The notes beneath the pieces are model-generated. The model saw nothing but the letters and a program-made list of their open reading frames with translations. It made no database searches and had not been told where the DNA came from. Below, one piece after another: positions 1-13,974 of a stretch of DNA of 64,000 nt. Numbering within the stretch: the stretch's first letter is position 1; each line of letters begins with the position of its first letter. Both the position numbers and the translations under genes were made by a program. Origin of the DNA: Paraspadella gotoi. Taxonomy: Eukaryota; Animalia; Chaetognatha. The stretch spans positions 6,511,632 through 6,575,631 of the forward strand of contig CM119271.1 in NCBI GenBank assembly GCA_051294375.1, written 5' to 3'.

Positions 1-232
1 AAGGCGAAGACGGGATGGGCAAGGCGGAGATTCGGACGAGCAAAGGCGGAGACTGGGACGGACAAAGGCAGGTGACTGGGACGGTCAAAGGCGGACACTG
101 TGATGGGCAGAGACAGCGAGAGCAAAACGGAGATTAGCACGGGCAAAGGCGGAGATTGGGAACAGAAAAAGAAGCGAATTGGGGACGTGCAAAAGCGCGG
201 GCTGAGCCAGGAGATTGGCTGCGGGCAAAGGC
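1..232. repeat. Degenerate minisatellite of about 22 bp (GGGCAAAGGCGGAGAYTGGGAC), about 10 copies, truncated by the window start
   Basis: Recurrent CAAAGGCGGA at about 21-22 bp spacing. Confidence 0.85.
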
Positions 233-614
233 GCCGATTAAATAACTCCAGGGCGTCGATTAACTTCACCTCGTGATCCCAAAAGCGCGAAGCAGAACGA
301 ATCTGAAATTTCTCATCAAATCCAAAACAAAGAAGGGGGGGGGATCAATGGAGGAAGAGGAAGAGGAGAGGAGAGGGACGAAGGGGGGAGGGGGGGAAAA
401 GGGGGACAGGAGAAGAGATGAAGAATGGTGGAAGTGGAGGGGGAAGTGGAGAAAGGTGGCGAAANNNNNNNNNNNNNNNNNNNNNNNNNGGGGGGAGAGT
501 ATTAGTAAAGGAAAGAGAGAGAGACGGAGGGCGAGCGAGGAAAGCATCTTGGGACACGTGAGAAAAAGATTAGAGTAAGTAAAGGTTGAGAAAGGAGGAG
601 AGAGTGAATGAGAG

Positions 615-734
<120 letters not shown>

Positions 735-871
735 GAACAGAAAGAAAATGGAGGCACGAGTGAATTAGAAAAGGAAAGAGATGAGGGATTAGATGTGATA
801 AAATATTTGAGGAGAGAGAAAAGTGAAAAAAAAGAAAAGAAAAAAAAAACATTTCAAATTCCAAAAAGGAG

Positions 872-881
872 TCGACGACGC

Positions 882-930
<49 letters not shown>
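872..930. repeat. (GAC)n microsatellite; similar tracts at about 9190-9360, 9525-9560, 10450-10525 and 22640-22672
   Basis: Direct reading. Confidence 0.95.
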
Positions 931-932
<2 letters not shown>

Positions 933-1620
933 TTCAATGAAGTTTCTGTCAAAAATCGAAAATTCATCGGCAGAAAATTGGAATCTGCGGGATCCTGGGG
1001 TCGCGACGGTCGGTCGGTCGGTCCGTGTCGCCCCCTTCTCCGCACATTTGTCATTATTTTCTTTTTTTTCCTCTTTCAAAATTGAACCAGTGTCCCCCAT
1101 TAACACGGTACGGATGATCCATCCATTAAATCATTCTTTTCCCCACTCTTCGACTTATAGTTAATTGAATATAGTTACTATTAGTTAAATGAATGTACAG
1201 TACAAATTACTATAATTTAAAAACATCATTTGGTTTAAATTCGAACTAAATTTGGTTTTTCTAATTTTCGTCATCTAAATCAACCACCAAAAAAAAACCC
1301 ACTATTCCACCATCATCCCACCTCGCCCACCCTACCACCACTCCGGCACCTATCGACACCCACTCAAAGTGTCAAGCGCCCACCATCTCATTTGCATAAT
1401 GAGGTTCTCCATTCCTTTGTTTCTCTGGCAAACTGGAAGGGATTATGAACTCCAGCCGCATTGGGGAGAGGGAAAGGCTCGTGAGTGGAGGGGGAGTTAA
1501 TTACTGTCTATTTTGTTGATTAGGCGTTAATTTATGAACAAACACTTTTTTTAAAAAATATTTCGATGGTGCATTGACATTGAATAAATTGATTTTAAAT
1601 AAATTAGCTTAAATTAGATA

Positions 1621-1806
1621 GCAGGCATTGCCCATTGCCCCAATGCCCCATGCTCATACCCAGGTTCACCCTGTAAATATACTTTATACCTCAGGGGCGT
1701 AGCCACCTGCCAAGCCAGGTAACAAGCCCAGGACCCGTTTCTTGCCAGCGAGAAGGACATAAGAGAGGGACATCTTCAACCCACTCAGCACATCATTCAC
1801 ATATAT
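1621..1806 (+). mobile_element. Diverged copy of the 17451-17735 element lacking the tRNA-like segment
   Basis: Shared blocks GGCATTGCC, AGGTTCACCC, CAAGCC.GGT..CAAGCCCAGG(G)ACCCGTT, CATCTTCA.CCCAC and CACATATAT. Confidence 0.65.
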
Positions 1807-2326
1807 TACAGATGCCAGAATGATAGACAGAAATGCCAGAAATTAATGATGTCGTTATAACAGTGCGTTAAAAAAAAAATTTACAAAATCCGTCGCCATA
1901 GGAAAGCGATATTTCACTTCTTCTTTTTTTTCATTAAACGTCCTTCATCCATAATGAGTTACGGTTAGCGCTCCATTTCAAATTTGTCCTTGTTCGATTT
2001 TTTTTTTTTTTTTTTTTGAACTTGTCCTACGTAATTGTGCGTTCGTCACCCTTTTGTTTCACTAATTGTCATTCGTTCCGGTGCTGCGCTCTACAGTCGA
2101 TATCCCTTAAAAAGATTAAGGATTGAGGAGTTCTCGATGTTGCAGGAGGAATTATGATATTCGCCAGAAGGGGGAAGGTGTATCACGTCAGCGAGAGTGG
2201 AGTTGCATTGGAGTCTCCAATGGCGGCAACCAATCAAGATTCAAACAAACATTAATTTATTAACCTTTGTTATTTTATTTTTTTCCCCCATCATCACTGT
2301 TGTACATTGCCAAATGCCAAATGTAT

Positions 2327-2378
<52 letters not shown>

Positions 2379-2489
2379 ATCTCTCTCTCTCTCTCTCTCT
2401 TCACCATTTCATATTTACTTATTCTTCCTCTCTCCCTTACTTTCAGATGTCTCTCAATCTGACCACTATCCTTACTCAATTCTTTGTTG

Positions 2490-2549
<60 letters not shown>

Positions 2550-2776
2550 TATAACTTATTTCTACAAGAAATCTTCTGATGGGCGTGTTACTGAATAATC
2601 GTAAAAGCTACAACAATTAATTATTCGGTTACAAGGGGATTAATGTAGTATTTAGCCGAGCGAAAAAAGTTTGATCTATTATAAAAGGCCTCTCATTTAC
2701 ATTTTTCTTTTTTTATCAAACGAGAATGAGACAGGCGAGAAGCGTGAATGGATGTCAAGGAAAAAGGGAGGAGGGA

Positions 2777-2830
<54 letters not shown>

Positions 2831-3048
2831 AGAGAGAGAGAGAGAGAGAGAGTGAGAGAGAGAGAGGTGAGAGAGGGAGAGAGAGTCTTTCCATTTTTAT
2901 TGTTTTTGTGAAAGAAAAATATTCAAGTCAAAAATGCGCGTCTTAAAAAAGCAAATTGAAAAAAATGAAAAAAATGAAAAAATTAATTCCGATTGATTTA
3001 CGTCAAAAGAAAGAGGAAGAGAAAATGTGACGGTTCGGTGGTTGTTGT

Positions 3049-3049
<1 letters not shown>

Positions 3050-3121
<72 letters not shown>

Positions 3122-3152
3122 AACGACGACCATGACGACGATGACGACGATG
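3050..3152. repeat. (GAT)n microsatellite
   Basis: Direct reading. Confidence 0.95.
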
Positions 3153-3305
3153 CTGAAGGCGGAAAACTCGGACGAGAGTTCGGCGAGTAGGTGATTCTGC
3201 GAATAGGAGATCAAAGTGAATTTTGGTGAAGTAAATTTTAAATTCCACAAACGTTTTTAGTCTCACGACAAAAAGGGAGGGAGGTGGGAGGTTAGAGGAA
3301 TACTG

Positions 3306-3413
3306 GAATAGGATAGAATAGGATAGAATAGAATAGGATAGAATAGGATAGGATAGGATTGAATAGAATAAGATAGAATAGGATAGAATAGAACAGGATA
3401 GAAAAGGATAGAA
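3306..3413. repeat. (AATAG/GATAG)n pentanucleotide repeat
   Basis: Direct reading. Confidence 0.93.
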
Positions 3414-3484
3414 TTTTTAGATTTTTTTCCCCCCAAGTGTCAATGTCAGATTCTGATTGAGACAAAGAGCCATAAAAAAAAGTA

Positions 3485-3804
3485 ATGATCATTGATCATC
3501 TTAACCGGATTCGTAAACAACAACGACATTTATCCCCGAAGTTCGTAAACCACTCACTATCGTCATCATCAGGGCCGGAAATAGCGAGACCTCGGGTCAA
3601 AGGCCAGGAGGTCAATGGCCAAACGTCAATGGCCAGAGGTCAGAGGCCAAAGAAGGAAGCGTCGATGCGAATCGACAAAGAATCTCGATTCGAGGAGGAG
3701 GAGGAGGAGGAGGAGGAGGAGGAGGAAGAAGAGGAGGTGGTGGTGGAAGAGGAAATGGACGTTCGTCAGGCCTTCGCCTGTCAACCGCATCGACTGTCAC
3801 TAGG
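3485..3804 (+). CDS. Candidate first coding exon of the lectin gene (poly-Glu containing)
   Basis: ORF ends at a strong donor CTAGG|GTAAGC in phase 2, which is the phase needed by exon 32882 (..HRLSL-G-TGNGC..). The link is inferred from phase only and the start Met is ambiguous. Confidence 0.35.
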
Positions 3805-4654
3805 GTAAGCGACGCCTGCTTGAGGTTTTCATCCCGTCACCGGGATTAACCAACGCACGATCCTAGTCACGTCCGAGAGGAATTAGCCAATTCCTGTGGC
3901 CATTGGCCATTGGCCAGAAACGAAAAGTGAGGCTTTTTTTTTCACTCTCTCTCTCTCTCGTTCTCTCATTTCGAGAACGTCGTCTTCAGTTGCTTTTAAA
4001 AAATCCTTCTTTTTAAAAAAAATGGAACTCTTGACTTATATAATTATTTCCTAGAAATCGAGACCCTTGGAAGATTACGGAGTTTGAAGAAAAAAAAGTT
4101 TCGGTTGGTGAAGACATTGAAAAGAGAGCTGAGGACGGTAATATGCACTGCGTATTAGGCAGTATTATGCAAGTATTATGCAAGTATTATGCAGTATTAT
4201 GCAACTGCCTTGGGAAAACATTAATTAATAAGGGATTTTGGAATCTGTACTTGTCGGATTCTAATACGGTGTGTTCATATTACTTATGATGCAAATTTGT
4301 ACAATATCATAAAATTATGGAATAAAAAAAAAATATTTTTTTCATTATTTTTCCATTTCCTTTTTGTCCTCGCTTTCTATAAAACTCTAAACAAAAGCTC
4401 GTCTGCTCAAATTAAAGTCTCATCGTGGACTTTATTTTATGAAATTGGTACAACCAATATAAAAATTTGTGTCACAATTCGATTTAAGAAATACCAGAAT
4501 CCGAATTTGCCACTAAAAGCTCTTGCCACTTCTGTCGTTTTCAGCCACTCCTGTCTTTGTTTGCAAAATATTTAATTCCTTACAGCCTTTGCTACAAGAA
4601 GTAGAACCTTTTTGCCTCAGTATCCATTGCTTGTTCTCCCACACTGTCCCAGCC

Positions 4655-4770
4655 TCTGCCACCTTTTCGCCACTCTTTTCGCCATTTGTTTTCCACCTCT
4701 TCGCCACTCTTTTCGCCATTATTTTAGCCACCGTGTTTGCCACCGAACTCGTCTCCATTATCTTCGCCGT
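4655..4770. repeat. Degenerate 12-bp tandem repeat (TTTTCGCCACTC-like)
   Basis: Recurrent TTCGCCAC/TTCGCCAT units. Confidence 0.7.
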
Positions 4771-6983
4771 ATTGCGGTCCCCTTCGCTGTCAATCCCACG
4801 GAATTAAATTCTTTCTTTTTCTCGCGACAAAAGACTAAAAAAAAGAAAATTTGGAAAAAAAAGATAATGAAAGTTTTGTATCTACTGCATATTTCAGTTT
4901 TTTTCGACGCGACGTTTCCAATTTCTCAAAAATAAAAGTTTCCCCCTTCGCATTTTGTTATGGTTTCAAATTTACTATATATTTCTCGGCACGCCCCCTT
5001 TTCCGATTGGCAAAACAGTGGCCATTGTCTGGGGAAACAACGCTATTTATTTTTCAGGCATCGACGTCGTCGTCGTCGCCATTGTTGTCGCGGTTGGAAA
5101 TACATTTTTTTGGCAACCGTTCCAAGATGACGCTGGCACGAAAGGCGCCTTTTTTAACACGCTTTCTATATTCATGTCTTTATTCATTGGCTCATTAAAA
5201 ATTTACCGATCGGGAGGGAAAAAAAATTGAATTATGTTCGACTTGATTATATCGCGTTTCGCTAAGCTTGGAGTACGTAACATCCCTGATATTGAAGGAG
5301 ATACATCGATACATGGTACGAAGCTTAAAGCTTAAAATCTTTTCCTCTCTCTCTCTTTTTCGCCCTCTCTCTTTTTCTCTCTTTTTCGCCCTCTCTCTAT
5401 TTCTCTCTTTCTCATCTTTTTTTCTTTCCTGATCCTACCAAAGGAATTTTCCTGGATTTTCCATCTTAATTCTTTCCAATTCTCAGTTTTGAATCCATTC
5501 ATCCCTCAACAACTTTATGTCCTTAAGTCCTTATGTCCACTAGCTGAGGTGGTCGAGATAAAAATGGCGGACTTATTGAGATGAATCGATTTATTGAAAT
5601 TATAAAAGCGAATGTAATCGAATTGGCTAATAGTAAATAAGTAATTGCACACAATGACCAATGTGACGTTCCATTTTATAGAGAAAAACAATTTCAAAAC
5701 AATTTCTCAGCATGCGTAAGAATTTTCAAAGAATTCTGTCGGCGATTTTCTTTTCTTTTTTTTTGTCCCCCTCGCTCTGCGCACTCACCCACCCGCCCCC
5801 TGCACCCCGATACACCCAACCCCCTCAAAAACCTTAACCATAAATTCTTCCCACAAACGACGAAGATTTTTTCCGATCCTCATCCTCGTTTCGTCGAAGG
5901 AAGAAAATCTCAACGACGCCCCTTTATACGACGAGGCCCTCAAAACCGCGACCAGGCACGCCCTCCTTCCCAGGGGCCACATCATGGGACGCCCCCCCCC
6001 CGCCCAGCCTTTTCCCGCGACGGCCACGGATTGCATGGTGCGCCGCCTTTTCCCCTCGAGATTTGGAGCAAATCCAAAAAACAAAAGAGAAACGTTGAAC
6101 CAAATGACGTCACGGGATACATTTTCAAAGTCTCCTGGTTTCAACGAAGGATTTCTCCACGGTCCTCACGCTTCCAATACCCACAGTCCTCGGTACCCAC
6201 AGTCTCAATGCCCACAATCTTAAACTTCGATTTATTTCTACCTCTTCACCTCTTTTTCTTTTACTCCGACGCCCTTTTTGCCCAGGCCTCAATTCGCATT
6301 GAGAATCGAATTTCTGAATTGTTGGAAATAAGATTTTTAGTGGCGTATATTAATATTTTTTTTAGTATAAATAAAAATCAAGAAACGTTTAATGAATTCA
6401 AAAGTACTGACCAAATAAGAGAAAATGAGAAGGCTCTACAAAGAAAAAAAAGAAAGAAAAAGAAAAAGCGAGAGAGAGTAAGAGAGAAAGAAAAAAAAAA
6501 GAAAAAAAGATTGAGAATGAAAGAATTAGTCAGTAATGGACTTCTTCCGGGACCGCTAAATAATAAAACTACTAAAAATTAAATCACTACTAATTGAAAT
6601 ACCCATTACTATAAAATATTTATTTTATCATAATTAATTCAAGCTTTAATTTTTTTTCTTTAAATCAAAAATTATTTATAGTTCAATCAATAAAATATTT
6701 TTAAGAATGAAAAAAAAAAGGAAAAAATTCAAAATTACAAAATTCCGCGCGAACTGCGAGACTGGCAATTGAAAAAAGGGTACCCGACGCCGAATGGAGA
6801 AAAAACCCTCCAGCGGTGGGTAATGAAGCGTGGCCTTTTGTTCTCCGAGGGTAAGAAAAGGCCCGGGGGGGGGGAGCGGGTGTGTTAGAAGACTGAGGGG
6901 AGAGGACGGGTGAGGAAACGCCTCTCGATTGCGCGAAAGGGGGGACTGTCTCAATTTGTCTCTTTTGGTATATTGATTTGCAT

Positions 6984-7049
<66 letters not shown>

Positions 7050-7963
7050 GAGAGAGAAGAGAGTGAAAAAAGAGAGAGATTTGTTTTTAAACTCTATGCG
7101 CTCTCTCTCACTCTCTTTCTCTCTCTCTCTCTCATTCTAACTCTCTCTTTTTCTGCTTCCCAGTGTTTGTCTCTGGCGGATCTGAAGGACAAACTTTGTC
7201 TTCCCCTAAAATAAAATTTTCTCAAGTCTCTGACTTTAAGATTGGATTTCGAGATTCCAGTGGTTTTTTTTTTTCACTTTCCTTTTTTTTTCTTTTATAT
7301 TTTTAGTTTAAGCTTTACACTTGTGTTTTTACTCCTACTTTCCACTTCTGTTTTCCTTTTCTGTTTTTCGTTTCTGTTTTCATTTTCTGTTTTTTTATTT
7401 TTGCTTCGGAAATTCCTCTCCTATTTTCCGCTTCCACTTTCCACTTCTAATTTTCCGTTTCCGTTTTCCACTTCCAAAAAACCGCGCGGCCCCAATTCCG
7501 TCATTGGGCTTTTTTGGCCTTCGGATTTGGCCTCGTGATCCCAAGGCTGTGATCAAGTCTGACCCTTTTTCCGATCCGCCCCATTTTTTTCCTTTCATCA
7601 GCTCCAACCCCATTATTCTCCTTAACTTTTTTTCCTTTTTTATTTCTTATTTTCTTCTTTTCTTTTTATCCTATTTTTTCTTATACGTTTAAATCTTAAA
7701 TCCATTTACGTTTATTTGCCTTTTGCGCATTCATCATTCACGATAAATTATTCGTGTTGTCGATTTTCTTACAGATCACCAAAACTATTGATTCAATTAA
7801 ATTGATTAATTTCCAATTAATTTTCTTCCCTCGTCTGCTTTTTTTTATCTTTCTCTCCTTCAATTCTTTCTTCCAGAATTTTCTCGGAATCCGAGTTTTT
7901 CTCATTTCGCTGAACAAACTCTGAGTCCACGGATTCTGTCTTTCCATACGTCGATACAACCGT

Positions 7964-7993
7964 CTCTCTCTCTCTATCTCTCTCTTCTCTCTC

Positions 7994-8076
<83 letters not shown>

Positions 8077-8186
8077 CTGGCACGATTTAACATTGCTGTT
8101 CTTAACTTCCTATAGTTACGATAAGTGTAGGGCCATTTTCTGGAGTTTTGAATAAGTCCTCAGGGTTAGATGTTTATTTAATTAAC

Positions 8187-8281
<95 letters not shown>
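7964..8281. repeat. (CT)n/(AG)n microsatellites; representative of many such tracts between 2 and 42 kb
   Basis: Direct reading. Others at about 2330-2550, 2780-2885, 6985-7150, 10620-10742, 16290-16420, 16708-16800, 19060-19790, 25540-25945, 30680-30868, 31752-31853 and 38430-38490. Confidence 0.97.
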
Positions 8282-8284
<3 letters not shown>

Positions 8285-8789
8285 CTTTTTTATCTCCGGA
8301 GTTAAGGCACGATTCAACTTTGATTTTCTTTTTCTTCTCCTAAACTTTAAAAATAAAATTATCTCCTAATATCTCATTTCCCTTCGACGCGTTTTATATT
8401 TTCTCCTGAGTTCTGAATTTGTTTATCGCTTTATCTAATATACAATTACAATTATACAATCCTTATACAATTATACATCCTTCCGGTCCTTCATCTCACC
8501 TGAACAACCTCAACTATTTCATTCCTCCTTCCGTCCCTCATTCCACTCCCTCTCCGATTTCCTCTCGCCACGATCCGGATCGACCGTTTCCATTCCACTT
8601 AAGATCTCATTTGCATTTTGGATGTGAAGCTGATTTCCTTTTCGGTTTTCTCCCCTTTGGACTCGAAGTTTTAACTCCCGGCTTAATTTGCAAAAGAAAA
8701 AAAAAGTGGGGAGAAAGAAAGAAGGTTGATGAATCCCTGGATAAGATTACTTGAAGATTCTGTTACTTTTTATAGTTTTCTCATTCTAG

Positions 8790-8821
<32 letters not shown>

Positions 8822-8869
8822 TTTCAGTCCTCCCTCTCTCCCTCTCTGTAATTCTATCTCTTTTTTCTA

Positions 8870-8919
<50 letters not shown>

Positions 8920-9202
8920 TCCCTCAGCCTCTCTCCCTCCCGCCATTTTTTCGCGAGGCTCCTTATCCTTTTGGTTCGATACCGTCATCTCCGCTGCCTC
9001 ATCCTTTTAGTTTCTTTTCCTTTTCTTCTCACTTACCCGATTCCAAATTCCCTCACCCACGTCGCCAACTTACTCAATCGCTCCAACTCAGCTCCACCGT
9101 CGATCTCCCTTCTGCTCCAATACCCGCGCTCCACCAACCGCCTGTTCCTGACGCTGAAATTTTCTCCTTCGCTTCACCGACTTTCTTTTCGTCGTCGTCG
9201 TT

Positions 9203-9246
<44 letters not shown>

Positions 9247-9523
9247 TTTCATGGTCATTCTTGTGGTCGTCGTCTTCAATCGTCATTCTCGTCGTCGTCG
9301 TCGTCAACATCGTCGTCGTCGTCAACATCGTCGTCCTTATCGTCGTCGTCCTCCTTGTCGTTGTTATTGTTAAGTGTTGTTGTTGTTGTTCATTTTCTTC
9401 TTCTTGTTATTATATAGTTTACGTCCTTATTGCTCTCTTGGACTTTATTGCGCCACATTCCATAGTACACACTCACACGCTCTCTCGTTCTCGTTCTCAA
9501 ATTTATCATCATTTCCTTTGTTT

Positions 9524-9561
<38 letters not shown>

Positions 9562-9989
9562 TCCCACCCTTCTCTCTTCTCTCTCTCCTTTTGTTTCTTT
9601 TCTCTCCCTTAGCGATTCTCTATTATTTTCGATTTTTCGTTGTTCCCCTTTTTTTCCTCCTTTTTTTTTATATTCGTTTCCACCCAAATTTCATTCTCTT
9701 TTTTTGGGGGGTGGGGGTTGGAATAAGGGGGTGGAGTAGAGGAGTTGGCGTCTTTTCTCGAAATTTCTCTCTCCCGCGGTTTTTCGTCTCGCTTTTCTTT
9801 TTCATTTTTTTTCTTTTTAGTTTCCTTTGCTGTTCTTTTGTTTTTATTTCTTTTTTTTTCGATTCCCTTTTGTTTGCGTTTCTTTTTTGTCGCGCCAGGG
9901 GACGTCGTTGGGAATTGAACGTCATCTTGGTCGTCGTGTGATTCGAGGCTGAGAAAGTCGCCACTGACGCCACCACCTTCCCTGTCCTC

Positions 9990-10162
9990 ATTGGCCTGGC
10001 ATTGGCCTAGAATTTTCTTGGCATTGGCCTGGAATTGCCCTAGTATTGGCTTATCACCGGCTCAGAGTTTCCCTGGCATTTGCCTGGCATTGGCCTGGTA
10101 TTGGCCTGGCATTGGCCTGGCATCGCCCCGGCATTGGCTTAGCATTGGCCTAGCATTGGCCA
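9990..10162. repeat. 11-bp tandem repeat (GCATTGGCCTG)n
   Basis: About 15 degenerate copies. Confidence 0.9.
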
Positions 10163-10277
10163 TGCGAAGTCTCCATTAACATCTCGATGTCTGTCTATAT
10201 TTTAATATAAGCTTTAAGCATATATTGTTTTAAAATATTTTACTATGACGAAGTTATGACAGTTTCTTTAACAGTCA

Positions 10278-10352
10278 ACAGCCTGTATCGTTGACCTCAA
10301 CAGCCTGTTTCTCTGACGTGAACAGCCTGTTTCTCTGACGTCAGCCTCTGAC
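10278..10352. repeat. Short tandem repeat of about 23 bp (core AACAGCCTGTTTCTCTGACGT)
   Basis: 3-4 copies, direct reading. Confidence 0.8.
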
Positions 10353-10616
10353 GTTATCAGCGACGCCTCCGGCGAATCGCTCCTTCTTCCTTTCCATTAC
10401 CTTAACGAGATTTTCGTGGCGGAACCAAAAAGTCTCCAAAACATAACGTCGTCGTATACGTCGTCGTTGTCGTCGTCGTTGTCGACCTCGTCTTCGCGTT
10501 TTCGTCGTCGTTGTCGTCGTCGTTGTTCACATCATCGAGAGAGAAACATTTGCAAAAAATGAAAATATTAAAACATTTCGCTCAATCGAGCTATTTAAAT
10601 ATAGGGAGGAAGTTTG

Positions 10617-10727
<111 letters not shown>

Positions 10728-11429
10728 AGAGGAGAGAGAGAGAACACGACTCTAGCGCTTGACAGTCTATAACTCAAAAAAACCAAATCAAGTCTTTGCC
10801 AGAAAAAAGAGGAGAACAAACAAGCCTCTTTGGCGAAGGCGAAGCGACAGCTCAGCGACCGGGGCCAACGGGCGATGGTCGCCCATCTGGCAGACCCTTG
10901 GCGGAAACGAGCGGCAGGAAAATGGCCGTCGGCTAATTATTCGCAATTCTGCCAGATCATTGTCGTCTTCGTCGTCGTCTTCGTCGTTATCGTCTCTTCC
11001 TCCTCCCTTACCCTCCCCCGCCCTTCCTCTTCCTTACCCACTTTCCTCACTTTCCCCTCTTAACCCTTCTCCTCCTTCTCCTCCTCCTCTTCCTCCTCCT
11101 CTTCCTTTTTTCCTCCGACAAAACGAATCGCGATGCGTTTTTGTTTCTGCCTCGTTTTCGTTTCTCTCGATTGTTTTTTGTTGTCGGATTCGATGGTTAT
11201 TCTCGATCCGGGCCCGGGAACGTTTATGCGCTAGCGGACTTGATCTCGATTCGCGTCTCAAATGTGACCGATATTTGCCCAAGTCGCTCAGAAATAATTC
11301 CACCTGTGATTCTAGAAGTGATCCTCGCGATATTCGACTCAGCTCTGTCGCAATTTGTGACACATTCAGCTGTTCCTCCCACGGGTGGAACTCAAGTCTC
11401 AAAGCGAAAGATTTCTATGATCTGACATC

Positions 11430-11537
11430 GATGTTTTGAAAAAGGTTTGACGAAGTTTCGATGAAGTTTTGACGAAGTTGTGACATAGTTGTGAAGGAAG
11501 TTTGACAAAGTTTCGACGAAGTTTTGATGAAGTTTTG
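11430..11537. repeat. 11-bp tandem repeat (GAAGTTTTGAC)n, continuing in degenerate form beyond the MITE to about 11990
   Basis: Direct reading. Confidence 0.85.
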
Positions 11538-11883
11538 GGAAGCTGTCTTTTAAATATCAGTTTAAATATCAGTAGGAAAAAATTCAAAGGGTCTATTTCA
11601 GGGTTTTACAATATCAATGATCAATTCATTTTCAAATTTTCAAATTATTTAAGTGACAGCAAGTTGACCAAATTATACCAGTTGACCAAATTATGCCGGT
11701 TGACCAAATTATGCCAGTTCACCAAATTATGCCAGTTAAACAAATTATGTCAGTTGATCAAATTATGTCAGTTGATCAGTTGATATTTAAAAAGAAAAAA
11801 TAATATTTATTTGAAAACCCTGAAATAGACCCTATGAATTTTTTCCTACTGATATTAAAACTAATATTTAAAAGACAGCTTCC
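11538..11883. mobile_element. Foldback/MITE with 70-bp terminal inverted repeats and an internal 18-bp tandem array
   Basis: 11538-11607 and 11814-11883 are reverse complements with 3 mismatches. The centre carries about 6 copies of AGTTGACCAAATTATGCC. Confidence 0.85.
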
Positions 11884-12479
11884 AAATTTTGACTAAATTT
11901 TGATGGGGTTTAGATAAAGTTTTCATTTATTTTTAACAACTTTGAAAAAATTGAGATCGAGGTTTGACAAAGTTTTAACAAAAGTTCTGACGTTTCAAGG
12001 AAAGCCTTCTTCGGATTCTCGAGACAACAGGCCGAAGCATCTCGTAACAACGGAAGGCGTCATCGAGCGCCTTCGTTCGTCGCGACGCTCGAGACTCGAA
12101 ATTTAAAATTAAAATGACTCCCTCTCTCTCTCACTCGCTTCGACTTTTTTTTAAAGTCAAATTATAATTTCAAATCGTATGCATAACAAGACAAGAAAAT
12201 TGGCAGCGAGCCAATGAGCGACGTCGTAGACAAAAATAGAACCGACGAACTCGGTTGCTTAGAAACCGACAAATTCTACCACGAACAAAAATAAGATACG
12301 GTTTCCTGCGATCGCTAGACTTTCCGGTCCGATTGAAATCTACTCGTACAACTGAGTTGAAACGGTTCCGTTTCGTTATTCCAAAGGAAGGCGACGAGTT
12401 CGCGTTCGGTTGCCATGACGACAAACAAACGCCGTCGTTATCTTAGTCGTTATCGTCGTCGTTATTGAGAAGGGACGTC

Positions 12480-12770
12480 GAGGTCGTAGACGTCGTCGTT
12501 GTCGTCGTCATCGTCGTCAGCGTAAGGAATGAGATCGTCGTCATGGTTGTCTTCGTCGTCATCGTTGTCATCATCGTCATCAGTGTAGGGAATGAGATCG
12601 TTGTCGCGATTTTCTTCGTCGTCATCGTCGTTGTCATCGTCGTTAGTGTATGGAATGAGATTGTCATTGCGGTTATCTTCGTCGTCATCGTCGTCGTCAG
12701 TGTATGGAATGAGATTGTCGTCGCGATTATCTTCGTCGTCATCGTCGTCGTCATCGTCGTTGTCGTCGGT
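12480..12770. repeat. Minisatellite of about 55-65 bp (GTC-rich unit with a GGAATGAGAT core), 4 copies
   Basis: Core AGYGTA.GGAATGAGATYGT recurs four times. Confidence 0.88.
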
Positions 12771-12901
12771 CTCGATTCACGAGTTTGTGAATTTCTAAAC
12801 ACAAATCCTCGTGATTGACGAGACCTTTTAGTAGGCGTGGCTGGGCGGTGAACGCTGGCAGGAGGGATGAGAGCGGCGTGAGCCGACGGGTTATCGGTGA
12901 C

Positions 12902-12967
12902 GTCAGATGGCCGTGTTGGTAGCACATCCTGCACCCGACCGAAAGGTCTCGGGTTCTCGCACCGATG
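12902..12967 (+). other. Degenerate tRNA-like (Pol III box) sequence, probably a SINE head or tRNA pseudogene
   Basis: A-box-like TGGCCGTGTTGG and weak B-box-like GGGTTCTCGC at tRNA spacing; no complete cloverleaf. Confidence 0.3.
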
Positions 12968-13974
12968 ATGAAACGAAAAAAAATAGCGACGTTAAACCGG
13001 CATGATTTCCTGAGGTCATTTACTGATTCCAATTTCTTTGACTTAATATGCAAGAAACGCCGCTCGGCGCTCGCAGTATCTTCTTCCACCAGACGGCTAC
13101 TGGATTTTAATTATATAGTTCTCCCTTCCTTTATCCATTTATTAAAAGAATTTATCCTAACTTAAACCTTAAACCTTAATCTACTATAATCCTTAAAGCA
13201 TTAACCTATTTAAACCTAAAACTTCAACTTAATTCTGAAATGAGGCACCTTCGGAAAACAAGGAAAACAATTTTTGATTGTCGTTTTTCACTCATTTTTT
13301 TCCCCCTCCTGTAGTCGCCACCTACGGCATTTTTGCTTCCCCAACATTCTTCCTCGTCCTAATTAATCATAATGTATTCCCAAATTTTAAGCATAGTATT
13401 CAACTGATGTTAATTCAACACCATTCGGTTCATGTCGTCGTTTTCGTCTTCGTCGTCGTTTTCGTCGTCGTCGTCGTCGATTTCTTTCTGGCCGAAAGGT
13501 GTTGACATTCGTGTTGACACTGGTAATGTTGCGTCGCGAATTCGACCTCTGGATCCTTGGCTGCGTTCGGGGTCCACATCTACGTTTCGACCCCAAAGTT
13601 CTCAGACTGACCTTTTTTTTCCTCTCTTCCTTTTCTCCACGAGGCATTTTTCTCTGCAACCCTTCTATATTTTTTTTGCCTCTTAACAGTTGGACATTAG
13701 ACAATGATTTTTTTTTAGTTCAGACCCCAACTCTAATGGGATGTTAGGAACCTAGGGAATAGGGAAATTATCAAATTAGTACGTACACATAAAATTATTT
13801 CATTCATTCAATAAGCTATCTTGATTCCTGAATTTGGACCGGCTATGGAGTAGTAAACCTTGTAACCAATCAATCATGGCTCAATCATAGCTTAATATCT
13901 TCCAACGTACTTGGTTGAATTTTTTATTTAACTGTTATAATGGTATAAAAAAGCCTGTGTGTTATGTTTAAGCT

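Noticed and set aside
11662-11780. Regular 18-bp repeats resembling a CRISPR array
   Set aside because: Units are directly adjacent with no unique spacers, there are no cas genes, and the context is eukaryotic.
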